In this document: positions 19,773 to 29,001 of the stretch, one piece after another
Layout: each line of letters opens with the position of its first letter
Numbering within the stretch: the first letter of the stretch is position 1
From: an uncultured Acidobacteriota bacterium
Lineage (GTDB): Bacteria; Acidobacteriota; Thermoanaerobaculia; Multivoradales; DATKCC01
DNA length: 64,000 bases
Assembly: GCA_963739795.1 (NCBI GenBank)
Contig: CAVUBL010000011.1
Location: forward strand, 137,215 to 201,214
Direction of reading: 5' to 3'
The notes under the pieces: generated by a model
Seen by the model: the letters and a program-made list of their open reading frames with translations, nothing else
The model's database searches: none
Told to the model about the DNA's origin: nothing
Program-made: the position numbers and the translations under genes

Positions 19773-19866
19773 GAGGTTCCCTCCCGACCTACCGTGATAC
19801 GCCCTTCGGGCGGGTGGCGCCACGCCCCAACGGGTGAGAGGGCGAGCGCCCCCGGGTGGGATGGCT

Positions 19867-20517
19867 TCAGGCTTGTCCGGCCGGGCTCTCCGCGATCACC
19901 GTGGAGAAGACTTTCAGGGTCTCGCCCGGAGCCGGGAACGTGTCGCGGCGGGATTCGAGCACCGTCCAGCCGGCGAAAGCCTCCTCGAGCTCGTCCGGTG
20001 CGAGGAGGCAGTGGCCCGCCGGATCGAACATCTCCATGTAGGTGGTGCCTTCGATCAGGGTGTTGACCACGGCGCGACCGCCGGGGCGGACGTGCTCCTG
20101 GAGGTCGCGGAGGATTCGGAGGGCCCGCTCGCGCGAGAAGAACATGACGAGGCCGATACAGACGATCGTGTCGAACGGGCGATCGATCTCCCACCGCTCG
20201 AGGTCCCGCTCGAGGGCTTCTACCGGCAGGCCCTCCCGGCGGGCGTCCCCGCGGATCCGGGCCACCGCGGTCGGGCTGGTGTCGACCGCGACCACGCGGT
20301 GGTCCCGCCGTGCCGCCTCCAGGCTCAGGTTGCCGAGTCCGCAACCCAGGTCGAGGACCTCGCCCGAAAGGTGCTCGAGCGCTCGCGTTTCAAAGGGGTT
20401 GAGAACGAAGTCGGCCGCGTCGACCTGGCGCCGGAACTGGCGCTCGAAGAACTCCACCGCCCTCCCGAGAGACCGGTCGGCCACGGTGCCGCCGTCGATC
20501 CGTGGCGGGATCGTCAT
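19867..20517 (-). CDS. class I SAM-dependent methyltransferase (TehB-like)
   Basis: motif [17 protein letters not shown], motif post-[12 protein letters not shown]; start at internal Met [10 protein letters not shown]. Confidence 0.7.
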   Translation of the reverse strand: MTIPPRIDGGTVADRSLGRAVEFFERQFRRQVDAADFVLNPFETRALEHLSGEVLDLGCGLGNLSLEAARRDHRVVAVDTSPTAVARIRGDARREGLPVEALERDLERWEIDRPFDTIVCIGLVMFFSRERALRILRDLQEHVRPGGRAVVNTLIEGTTYMEMFDPAGHCLLAPDELEEAFAGWTVLESRRDTFPAPGETLKVFSTVIAESPAGQA

Positions 20518-20812
20518 GGAAGGCAGCGTAGCATGGGCGGATCCGGCGCCGATGACCTCGAAAGGTTCGGGGGCGCCTGCGTCACCCGGTAGCGAGGAGG
20601 GTCGAGAGATGAGTCGAGGCAAGGGTCCCCAAGAGATGGTGGCCGCCGTCTCCGAATCCTTGCGTGAGCGCACGGGAAGGTCGGTCGAGGAGTGGGTCGA
20701 GGTGGTGGCCGCGAGCGACCTCGATCCCCTGGACCAGAAGGCGGTCCGCCGTTGGCTGAAGGACGCGCCGGTGTCCATCGTGAGCTCCCGGGTTCGGGCG
20801 CCGGGGCGTCCC

Positions 20813-21502
20813 TCAGGACGCCGGAGCCTCCTGCGGCGGAGTGGCGCCGCCGAGCCGCGACGCGCGGTGCCGGTCGACCCAGTAGCCCCAGGCGACCAGG
20901 AGCCACATGGCCTCGGCGGACCAGGCGACGGCGGCCGCGCTGGGCGGCGGCGGGCCCAGGAGGTTGGCGGCGTAGACCAGGGCGAGAAAGCCCACCAGCC
21001 CCCACAGGCCCCAGGTGCCCACACGGTCGCGCGGCGCCGTCGCGCGGGCGTAGAGGGCCACGCCGGCGGCGAACAGCGAGCCTTCCACCACCACCGTCGC
21101 CGGCAAGGAGCCCCACAGGCCGAGGCCGACTTTTACCCCGCCGCCGAAGGTCAAGGGCATGTCCGGACCGTGCGACACGAAGTCGAGCACCCAGTGACTC
21201 ACGACCAGGCCGGCGACGGTGAGCGCCCCGATCCGGCCGCGCCGGAGGAGCCAGTACAAGCCCCCCGCGAGAGCCGCCCACAGACAGAGCGCCAGGAGGC
21301 TGTGGGAGTACGGGTAGCTCATGAAGCGCAGGGGCGTCACCCGGGTTGCGCCGGGCTGGACCTCGACCCGCTCGACGCCCAGGAGCACGAGGGTCGGCCA
21401 GAGGAGATCCGCGAGCTGCGCGGCGAGGAAGAGCGTGCCGAGGGAGACGGTCGGCGCCACCCTCTTGGCGCCGAATCCGAGACCGAAATGACCGATGAAC
21501 AT
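20813..21502 (-). CDS. membrane-bound metal-dependent hydrolase (YdjM/DUF457-like)
   Basis: multi-TM protein starting MFIGHFGLGF with HWVLDFVSH His-rich motif; RBS AGAGGAGC before start. Confidence 0.45.
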   Translation of the reverse strand: MFIGHFGLGFGAKRVAPTVSLGTLFLAAQLADLLWPTLVLLGVERVEVQPGATRVTPLRFMSYPYSHSLLALCLWAALAGGLYWLLRRGRIGALTVAGLVVSHWVLDFVSHGPDMPLTFGGGVKVGLGLWGSLPATVVVEGSLFAAGVALYARATAPRDRVGTWGLWGLVGFLALVYAANLLGPPPPSAAAVAWSAEAMWLLVAWGYWVDRHRASRLGGATPPQEAPAS

Positions 21503-21638
21503 ATAACTAAGAGCTCCTCTCACGTACGCCGTCGGTGAATCGGCCCACACTACCAGGGCGCGGCCTCTCCCACCGAGCCCACGGCCGCCGCCGCTCCACC
21601 CGAGGGAAAGTTTGACGGTTGGCGTGGGATCTGTTCAG

Positions 21639-23135
21639 ATGACCGCAGTGAAAGTTGCCCTGTTGAAGGCCCCGGTGGGTGGCATCATCGGGCTCGAGAT
21701 GATCACATTCGTCGAGCCCCTGGGGCTCGAGTGCGTGGCGGGCGGCCTCGAGCAGAACGGTCACGAGTGCCGGATCGTCGACCTGCGCATCGACGGCTTC
21801 GAGCGCGGCCTGGCCAAGGCGCGGGCCTTCGGGCCCGAGGTCGTGGGCCTGCAGTGCAACTTCACGACCGAGCGTTTTCGCCTGCTGCGCCTCGCCCGGC
21901 GGGTCAAGGAGGAGTTCCCCGAGGCTCTGCTGGTGGTGGGCGGCCACGACGCCTCCCGCGATCCCGAGTGGTTCCTCCACCCGGCGATCGACGCGGTGGC
22001 GGTGGGCGACGGCGAGGAGGTCCTGCCGGCTCTGGTCGACGCCTACGAGGCGGGCAAAGACCTGGCGCGGGTGCCGGGTCTGCTGCTCAACCGCCCGGGC
22101 GGCCCGGTGGCCACCGGCCACGCGCCGTCGCGCGACGACATCGACGGGCTTCCCATGCCCGCCCGCCACCTGATCGAGGGCTACGCCGGCGAGTACTACA
22201 TCAACTTCCGCCGGCCCCTGGCGCTCATGGAGACCGCCCGCGGCTGCCCCTTCAAGTGCAACTTCTGCTCGGTCTGGAAGTTCCACGAGAGCACCTTCCG
22301 CGAGAAGTCGCCCGAGCGGGTGGTTCGCGAGCTCGCCCAGATCCAGGCGCCCAACGTCTTCATCACCGACGACATCTTCTGGATGAACGTCCGGCGGGGG
22401 CGCGAGCTGGCGGCGGCGATCAAGGCCTCCGGAATCCGCAAGCACTACACCATCCAGACCCGCTCGGACATCATCACCCGCTTCCCCGAGCTCATCGAGA
22501 CCTGGCGCGAGTGCGGCGAGATGACGATCTTCCTCGGCCTCGAGAAGATCGACGACGCCGGCCTCTCCTCGGTCAACAAGAAGAACACCGTCGCCAACAA
22601 CAACCGGGCGATCGAGATCCTCCAGGACTTAGGGGTCGGCTATACCCCGAACTTCATCGTCGACCCGAGCTGGGAGCGCGAGGACTTCGAGAAGCTCAAG
22701 CGTTGGATCGACAAGACCGGGGCCTACAACAGCGGCTTCTCGGTGCTCACCCCGCTGCCCGGAACCGACCTCTGGGACGAGGTCAAGGACGACGTGGTCA
22801 CCGAGGACTGGGAGCTCTTCGACATCACCCATTCGGTGCTGCCCACCCGGCTGCCGCTCGAGGAGTTCTACCGCGAGCTCGGTGGTCTGTGGAAGCACAC
22901 CATGGACGTGCGCTACGCCGAGCACGGCCGGCTCAAGGTCCACCTCGGTTTGCTCGCCGCCCTGGCGAGCCGCCAGGTGACCTTCCAGGCCCTGCGCAAG
23001 GGAATGCGCATGGGCACCGTCCTGAGCCGCCCGGAGACCTTCCTCCGCGCCCACCGCGAGAGCGAGGAGCGACTTGGCTCCGTGGCCGAGATCCTCGACG
23101 AGAAGCGCCCCCACCCCGCTGCCCGGGCCGTCTAG
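21639..23135 (+). CDS. B12-binding domain radical SAM protein
   Basis: N-terminal cobalamin-binding Rossmann-like domain, then CPFKCNFC (CxxxCxxC) radical SAM cluster motif; ~500 aa. Confidence 0.8.
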   Translation: MTAVKVALLKAPVGGIIGLEMITFVEPLGLECVAGGLEQNGHECRIVDLRIDGFERGLAKARAFGPEVVGLQCNFTTERFRLLRLARRVKEEFPEALLVVGGHDASRDPEWFLHPAIDAVAVGDGEEVLPALVDAYEAGKDLARVPGLLLNRPGGPVATGHAPSRDDIDGLPMPARHLIEGYAGEYYINFRRPLALMETARGCPFKCNFCSVWKFHESTFREKSPERVVRELAQIQAPNVFITDDIFWMNVRRGRELAAAIKASGIRKHYTIQTRSDIITRFPELIETWRECGEMTIFLGLEKIDDAGLSSVNKKNTVANNNRAIEILQDLGVGYTPNFIVDPSWEREDFEKLKRWIDKTGAYNSGFSVLTPLPGTDLWDEVKDDVVTEDWELFDITHSVLPTRLPLEEFYRELGGLWKHTMDVRYAEHGRLKVHLGLLAALASRQVTFQALRKGMRMGTVLSRPETFLRAHRESEERLGSVAEILDEKRPHPAARAV

Positions 23136-23314
23136 CCCGGATTTCTACCCAGCCTCCTGCTGCAACGCCGCATCTGCCCGCATATCCGGCGTTGGGTTCG
23201 GTGCGGCCTCCTCGACGTACTGTCAAGTACGCCTGCGTCGTCCTCCCGTCACCCGCCTTGGATCTACGAACATCTGCGACGTTTCGCCACGGAGGCTGGG
23301 TAGAAATCCGGGCT
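23134..23314. repeat. intergenic palindromic element, copy A (24-bp perfect terminal inverted repeats plus conserved core hairpin)
   Basis: AGCCCGGATTTCTACCCAGCCTCC at 23134-23157 and its exact reverse complement at 23291-23314; core GCGGCCTCCTCGACGTACTGTCAAGTACGCCTGCGTCG at 23203-23240. Confidence 0.8.
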
Positions 23315-24286
23315 CGTCGCCGCGCCTACCTCCGGACGCGGCACGCCCATCTCCGGGTCCCACGCCAGGATCTTGTCGCTCCGGGGGAGCGGCGCCTCGG
23401 GGACCTGTCCCACCGACACGCCGTCCTTCCAGTCCGTCGGGCAAATGGCGACGTAGCGCGCGTAGCCGCCCGTTCCGCCCTGGAGCTTCGGGTAGCCTAT
23501 GGTCACCAGGCAGCCGGTCTCCGGTACCTGGTCCAGATTGGCCACGCCCTCGGCCTGCGTGTAGCCGTGGTGCATCAGCCAGTGCTCGCTGTCGAGGTTC
23601 GGCGTGTCGTCGGTGTCGAGAGTCTCGTGGCCGTGGAAGAGGATGTGGCGCTCCTCGTGGAGGAACTGGACGGCCGCCAGCGATACGCCCGGGAAAACCG
23701 CCCCCGTGGCGAGGGCGGGATCGGGCCAGCGCTTCGACCAGTCGGAGCGGACCATCACCACCGAGCCGGCGGGAATCCTGCCGTTCCTTGCCTCCCAGCG
23801 CTCGATGTCCGAAACCTGGAGGGCGTACCCCGGGTCCTTGGCCACCTGGTCGACGATCGAGATCACCACCAGCGGCCGGACCGCGAAGGTCGGCGGCAGC
23901 TCGTCGATGGACGGGTACTCGGGCGCCCAGTGGGCCGGAGGGTCGAGCTGGGTGCCGAGCTGGTCGGTCGCGAAGTCGTAGTGAGTCGCCTCGAAGCCGT
24001 CGGTCGCATAGCGGTAGGGCTTGCCGGTCGCCGGGTCGAGGGCCGGCCCGAAGGTCGATTTTCCGAAGCCCCGCCAGACCGGGATCGAGGGGGAGACGGT
24101 GTGGGTGAGGTCGATGTACTTGGCACCCTTGAGCGAGTGCTCGTAGACCGACCACAACCCGTGGGCGGGAGACTTCGGGGAGGGGCTCTGCGCCGCCGGC
24201 GGCGGGCCGGCGGAAGGGTTCCGGGCCGCGGGAAGAAGGAGGAGCGCGGCGGCGGCCGCGATGGCGAGAAGGAGGGCTTTCTTCAT
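23264..24286 (-). CDS. putative cyclase family protein (kynurenine formamidase-like)
   Basis: signal peptide; KYIDLTHTVSPSIPVW matches putative-cyclase fold; last ~17 codons and the stop lie inside repeat copy A. Confidence 0.55.
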   Translation of the reverse strand: MKKALLLAIAAAAALLLLPAARNPSAGPPPAAQSPSPKSPAHGLWSVYEHSLKGAKYIDLTHTVSPSIPVWRGFGKSTFGPALDPATGKPYRYATDGFEATHYDFATDQLGTQLDPPAHWAPEYPSIDELPPTFAVRPLVVISIVDQVAKDPGYALQVSDIERWEARNGRIPAGSVVMVRSDWSKRWPDPALATGAVFPGVSLAAVQFLHEERHILFHGHETLDTDDTPNLDSEHWLMHHGYTQAEGVANLDQVPETGCLVTIGYPKLQGGTGGYARYVAICPTDWKDGVSVGQVPEAPLPRSDKILAWDPEMGVPRPEVGAATSPDFYPASVAKRRRCS

Positions 24287-24309
24287 GCGGGTTCTCCGAG
24301 CGGAGGGCT

Positions 24310-24675
24310 TCAGGACAGCAGGACCAGAAGGAGCGCCAGCGCGGCCGGCAGGGCCTGGACGAAGAGGATCTTGCGGCTGGCGGTGGCGGCGCCGAAGAGG
24401 CCGGCGATGAGCACGCAGGTCAGGAAGAAGAGCTTCACGCCCGTCCCGCCCGCGCTACTCGAGCCCAGGACGAGCCCCCAGACGAGGCCTGCGGCGAGGA
24501 AGCCGTTGTAGAGCCCCTGGTTGGCGGCGAGCACCTTCGTGGCCGCCGCGGCCTCCCGGCTCTGGCCGAAGGCGCGGAGCCCGGCCGGCTTGTCCCAGAG
24601 GAACATCTCCAGCACCAGGAAGTAGACGTGCAGGAGGGCGACGAGGCCCACGACGACGTTGGCGATGGTGGACAC
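24310..24675 (-). CDS. DUF1304 family membrane protein
   Basis: 121 aa, 4 TM helices, MSTIANVVVGLVALLHVYFLVLEMFLWDKP typical of DUF1304. Confidence 0.55.
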   Translation of the reverse strand: MSTIANVVVGLVALLHVYFLVLEMFLWDKPAGLRAFGQSREAAAATKVLAANQGLYNGFLAAGLVWGLVLGSSSAGGTGVKLFFLTCVLIAGLFGAATASRKILFVQALPAALALLLVLLS

Positions 24676-24709
24676 GGAGTCTCCTCCTCGGTGAGGGATC
24701 GCGAAAAGC

Positions 24710-25342
24710 CTACACCCGCGGCGCCGGCAACCCGTCGAAGACGTCGACCATCCCGGTTTCGAGGGAGTACTCGGCGCCGACGACCAAAAGGCCGTCCCGC
24801 TCGGCCTTCTCCTCCAGGATCCGCGAGCCGTGGCGCAGGTGGTCCGCCGAGGCGCGGACGTTCGCCCGGACGGCGTGGTGGACCAGCGCCTCCCGGTCGC
24901 CGCGGAGGTCGGTCTCGAGGAGGGTCTCCACGGAGGGTCGGATGCGGTCGACGATCGAGCCCAGGTTGGGGGAGCGGTCCGCGCTCGGGCGCTCGAGCTC
25001 GGCGAGGGTGGCCTGGACGGCGCCGCACCCCGAGTGCCCCAGGACCACGACGAGGCGCGTGCCGAGGACCTCGGCGGCGTACTCGACGCTACCCACGAGC
25101 GAAGGCGCCACGACGTTGCCGGCCACGCGGATCACGAACAGGTCCCCGAGGCCCTGGTCGAAGACGATCTCCGCCGGCACCCGGGAGTCCGCGCAGCCGA
25201 GGATGACGGCGAAGGGCTCCTGGCCGGCGACCAGCTCCCGGCGCGCGGCCGGCCCGGTGGCCAGGCAGCGGCTCGGCGAGCCTGCCACGAACCGGCGATT
25301 GCCGTCGCGCAGGCGTTCGAGGGCTTCGAGGGCGGGAATCAT
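24710..25342 (-). CDS. can: beta-class carbonic anhydrase
   Basis: CADSRV and HSGCGA zinc-ligand motifs. Confidence 0.85.
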   Translation of the reverse strand: MIPALEALERLRDGNRRFVAGSPSRCLATGPAARRELVAGQEPFAVILGCADSRVPAEIVFDQGLGDLFVIRVAGNVVAPSLVGSVEYAAEVLGTRLVVVLGHSGCGAVQATLAELERPSADRSPNLGSIVDRIRPSVETLLETDLRGDREALVHHAVRANVRASADHLRHGSRILEEKAERDGLLVVGAEYSLETGMVDVFDGLPAPRV

Positions 25343-25396
25343 GGGTCGAGCGGCGATCAGTGGAGAGGAGGGAGGGAGCGTCGGATCACCCGGGAC

Positions 25397-26008
25397 TCAG
25401 AGAGGCGCCCAGACCGGCTCGAGGTCCAGGACGAAGCCGGGAAGCTCGGGGTCGCCGGAGACCGTCTCCGGCGCCTCGAGCGCCTCGGCCTCCCGGCCCG
25501 GCCGGTAGACGTGTACCCGTCGCGCGTGCGGATCGATCAGCCAGCCGAGCCGCGCGCCGTTGTCGCGGTACTCCTCCATCTTCGCCTGCAGGGTCGCGAG
25601 CCGATCCGAGGGCGACTTGATCTCCACGACGAAGTCCGGGCACAGGGGAAGGAACTTCTCGCGCGCGTCCGGAGGGATGTCGGCCAGACGGGAGCGGACG
25701 ACCCACGAGGCGTCCGGAGACCGCATGGAGTCATTCGGGAGAATGAAGCCGCCCGACGAGTCGAAGGCGATGCCGGAGCCGTCGCGCTTCGCCCAGGTTC
25801 CGAGCGCGGTGGCGACCTCCAGGCTCCGATGACTGCTCCCTGCCCCCGCTGGCGTCATGACGATGAGATCTCCCTTCGCATCGCGCTCGATCCGCAGCTC
25901 CGGGTTCCGCGCGCACAGCTCGAAGAGCTCGTCGTCCGTTCGGGGGACCACGCTTCCCAGGTCTAAGAGGAGCGGCTCAGGCTCGATGTAGATCGAGATG
26001 CCTCGCAT
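25397..26008 (-). CDS. Uma2 family (DUF820) endonuclease
   Basis: PD-(D/E)xK-like PDFVVEIKSPSD motif and overall Uma2 pattern. Confidence 0.6.
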   Translation of the reverse strand: MRGISIYIEPEPLLLDLGSVVPRTDDELFELCARNPELRIERDAKGDLIVMTPAGAGSSHRSLEVATALGTWAKRDGSGIAFDSSGGFILPNDSMRSPDASWVVRSRLADIPPDAREKFLPLCPDFVVEIKSPSDRLATLQAKMEEYRDNGARLGWLIDPHARRVHVYRPGREAEALEAPETVSGDPELPGFVLDLEPVWAPL

Positions 26009-26261
26009 GGCTTCGCCCGAAGGTTAGCACGGGGTCGAGGACGCCGAGGTCGTCGGATGGCACGGAGATCCTGAAGCGGAGCCCGGAGGACTCAGGCTCC
26101 GTGCAAAGCGTTTCGGCCGGGATGACGATGTGGGGCGGTCAGGGCTGCCATGCCCGATACACAGCCGAAGAGGCCTCCCCCGCAGCTTGGGGCTGGCCGT
26201 CCCGGAGGGCCCCGGCCCGCCCCAAGGGGCTCGCTCAGAGAATCCTTCCGCATTCGGCCGC

Positions 26262-26348
26262 CCAGGCATCCATCCTCGCGGCGTTGCGCTCCCTGCGACA
26301 TAGGCCCTGCTATGCCTCGGTCGCGCGCCTTGCGAGAATGGCGCCTGC
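26262..26348. repeat. degenerate copy (F) of the palindromic element core
   Basis: GGCGTTGCGCTCCCTGCGACATAGGCCCTGCTATGCCTCGGTCG aligns to the copy B/C core with compensatory changes; imperfect flanking inverted repeats (CCAGGCATCCATCCTCGC / GCGAGAATGGCGCCTG). Confidence 0.5.
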
Positions 26349-26385
26349 GCACCCTCGGTGCAGGAGGTCTTCTCGGATCGAGCCC

Positions 26386-28881
26386 CTACTCGGCCGCCAG
26401 CGCCACCGCCGGGTCCACCCGCGTCGCCCGCCGTGCAGGAATCGCCGTTGCAGCCAGCACCACCAGCGTGAGCAACCCCGCCACCGCCAGGAACACCTCC
26501 GGATCGAGCGGCGTCACCCCGTAGAGCATCCCCGCCATCGCACGCGTCAGGAACACGGCCCCTACCAGCCCCGTCCCCAGCCCCACCGCCAGCACCCGCA
26601 CCCCGTGGCCCAGCACCAGCCGGAACACCTCCCCGCTCGACGACCCCAGCGCCACCCGGACCCCCAGCTCCCGCGTGCGCTGCGCCACCGCGTAGGCCAG
26701 CACCCCGTAGATCCCCACCGCCGCCAAGAAGAGCGCCACCAGCGCGAACACCGTCGCGAGCAGCATCGGCAGCCGCGTGTCCACCAGCGCCCGGTCGATC
26801 CGCTCGTCCATGGTCATCACGTCGTCGAGGGGTAGCTCCGGATCGAGTGCGCGGAGCACGCGCCGCACGCCCGGCACCAGCGCCTTCGGATCACCGTCGG
26901 TCCTCAGCGCAACGGTCAGGTTGCTCCGGGTGTCCTGGCTCAGCGGGAAGTAGTAGGCGCCGTGGTTGCTCTCGCCGGCCAGGTCCGAGACCAGGATCTC
27001 GTCCACCACTCCCACCACCGTCAGCCACTCGATCTTCGAAGGGTCCTTCTCGAGCTGGGGCACGCTCTGGGAGATCCGCCCCCCGACCGGGTCGCGACCC
27101 GGCCAGTACTTCTCCGCCATCCAGCGGTCGACGATCGCCACCTTCTGCGAGTCCGCCGTGTCCCGCTGGTCGAACGGCCGGCCCTCGAGCACCTTGATCC
27201 CCAGGGTCTGGAAGTAACCGGGCGACACGATCCGCCGGAACGGCGCCCGCACCGATTCGCCCGGCTGCGGCTCGTAGCCCTCCACGGTGATCACGCTCGA
27301 GCTCGAGTTGTTGCCGAAGGGGATCGCGTCGGTGAGGCCGGCGTGCACGACCCCTGGAAGCGAGCGAGCCCGATCGAGGAAGCGGGAGGCGAAGGCGCGC
27401 CGGGCCGGGTCGTCCTTGTAACGGCTGTCGGGCAGCGAGACGGTGGCGGTCAGCACGCCGGCGGGCTGGAAGCCCGGATCGACCGCCAGCAGCTTCTGGA
27501 AGCTCGTGAGCAGGAAGCCCGCTCCCACCAGGAGCACGAAGGCGAAGGCCACCTGCAGCGCGACCAGGGTGCTCCGGGCGACGACGGCCCGGCGCGAGGC
27601 ACTGCCCGTTCGGCCCTCCTCGCGGAAGATCGAAGAGAGGTCGCTGCGGAACACCTGGACCACCGGGATCAGCCCGAAGACCGTGCCCAGCACGAGTGCT
27701 GTGGCGAGGGTGACCAGAAGCACCCCGCCGTCGACCCCGATCTCCGCGCCCCGCGGGATGTGCTCGGCACCTAGAGTGGCAAGCAGTCGCAGGCTCCAGT
27801 ACCCGGCGAGGACGCCGAGGGCACTCCCGACGAGGGTGAGCACCAGATTCTCCGTGATCAGCTGGCCGGCCAGGCGACCGCGTCCCGCTCCCAGGGCGCA
27901 GCGCGTGGCGAGCTCCTTCCGGCGGGTGCTGGTGCGCACCAGGATCAGGTTCGCAATGTTGCCACAGCCGATCAGCAGCACGAAGAGGGCGCCGCCCAGG
28001 AGCAGGGCGAGCTTCGGCCGAATGTCGCGGATCATGTCGTCGCGCCAGGGCTCGACGATCGTGTGGAAGCCGGCGTCGATCAGGAGCTGCTTGAACTGAG
28101 GGAAGCGCTCGAGGTTCCGGGCGTTCAAGGCGTCGATCTGGGACCGTGCCTGGGCCAGCGAGGCACCCGGGGCCAGGCGGGCGATCATCTGCCAGGAGTT
28201 CGAGTGGCGCCGGTCGTCCGAGCGGTCCTCGGTCGTGAAGGCGGCCGGGACGATCAGCTTGGCGCGGGTGTCGGGCACCTCGAAGCCCCGGGGCAGGACT
28301 CCGATCACGGTGTAGGGCTCGCCGTCGAGGCGGAGGTCCTGGCCGAGGGCATCGTCGCGGCCCCCGAACAGCCGCTGCCACATGCCGTAGGTCAGGATCA
28401 CCTTCTTCTCGTTGCCCACCTCGCCGTCCTCGGCGCTGAACGCGCGGCCGCGGAGGACTTTGACGCCCAGCACGTCGAAGATCGACGGGGTGGCCACGAG
28501 CGTGCGCACGCGCTCCGGAGTCTCGCCGTGGAGCAGCGCCGGTCCCTGGGTGCGGAACAGGGCCACGCTCGCGAAGGCTCCCACCTGCTTCTTTCGGTCG
28601 TAGAAGTCCGGTACGCCGTTCGACGACCGCTCGACGCCTGCGCCTGGGTAGCTGTTGTTGAGGATCACCAGGCGGTCGGAGGCCGGGAACGGGAGGGGCT
28701 CGAGGACGACCGACCGGAAGACGCTGAAGGTGGCGACCGCCGCGCCCATGCAGAGCGTCAGGATCAGGAGGACGGTGACGGTAAAGCCGCGACCGCGCGC
28801 CAGGGTGAGGAACGCGTGGCGGAGGTCCCTGCCCAGGAGCTCGGGGCGGGCACGGTCGGGGCGCGGCGGTCGGTCGGTCAT
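26386..28881 (-). CDS. ADOP-family ABC transporter permease (MacB/FtsX-like, duplicated)
   Basis: ~830 aa with two FtsX permease domains and large periplasmic domains; N-terminal DLRHAFLTLARGRGFTVTVLLILTLCMGAAVATFSVF typical of ADOP/MacB. Confidence 0.8.
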   Translation of the reverse strand: MTDRPPRPDRARPELLGRDLRHAFLTLARGRGFTVTVLLILTLCMGAAVATFSVFRSVVLEPLPFPASDRLVILNNSYPGAGVERSSNGVPDFYDRKKQVGAFASVALFRTQGPALLHGETPERVRTLVATPSIFDVLGVKVLRGRAFSAEDGEVGNEKKVILTYGMWQRLFGGRDDALGQDLRLDGEPYTVIGVLPRGFEVPDTRAKLIVPAAFTTEDRSDDRRHSNSWQMIARLAPGASLAQARSQIDALNARNLERFPQFKQLLIDAGFHTIVEPWRDDMIRDIRPKLALLLGGALFVLLIGCGNIANLILVRTSTRRKELATRCALGAGRGRLAGQLITENLVLTLVGSALGVLAGYWSLRLLATLGAEHIPRGAEIGVDGGVLLVTLATALVLGTVFGLIPVVQVFRSDLSSIFREEGRTGSASRRAVVARSTLVALQVAFAFVLLVGAGFLLTSFQKLLAVDPGFQPAGVLTATVSLPDSRYKDDPARRAFASRFLDRARSLPGVVHAGLTDAIPFGNNSSSSVITVEGYEPQPGESVRAPFRRIVSPGYFQTLGIKVLEGRPFDQRDTADSQKVAIVDRWMAEKYWPGRDPVGGRISQSVPQLEKDPSKIEWLTVVGVVDEILVSDLAGESNHGAYYFPLSQDTRSNLTVALRTDGDPKALVPGVRRVLRALDPELPLDDVMTMDERIDRALVDTRLPMLLATVFALVALFLAAVGIYGVLAYAVAQRTRELGVRVALGSSSGEVFRLVLGHGVRVLAVGLGTGLVGAVFLTRAMAGMLYGVTPLDPEVFLAVAGLLTLVVLAATAIPARRATRVDPAVALAAE

Positions 28882-29001
28882 CGGTCTCCTCCCGGGCAGC
28901 TCGGAAGCGGGCCACCTCACCCGATCTAACGGGTGGGCGGGGCGGCGGGTTTCACAAGAGTGCCGCGAAGACCGCGGGACGAGCCGGCGAGCGCGCGCGG
29001 C

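Noticed and set aside
23134-23314. Integron gene-cassette attC sites as an explanation for the palindromic elements
   Set aside because: No RYYYAAC/GTTRRRY boundary motifs and no intI nearby. The elements sit between convergent or divergent genes rather than at the 3' end of co-oriented cassettes. A conserved internal core is not an attC property.
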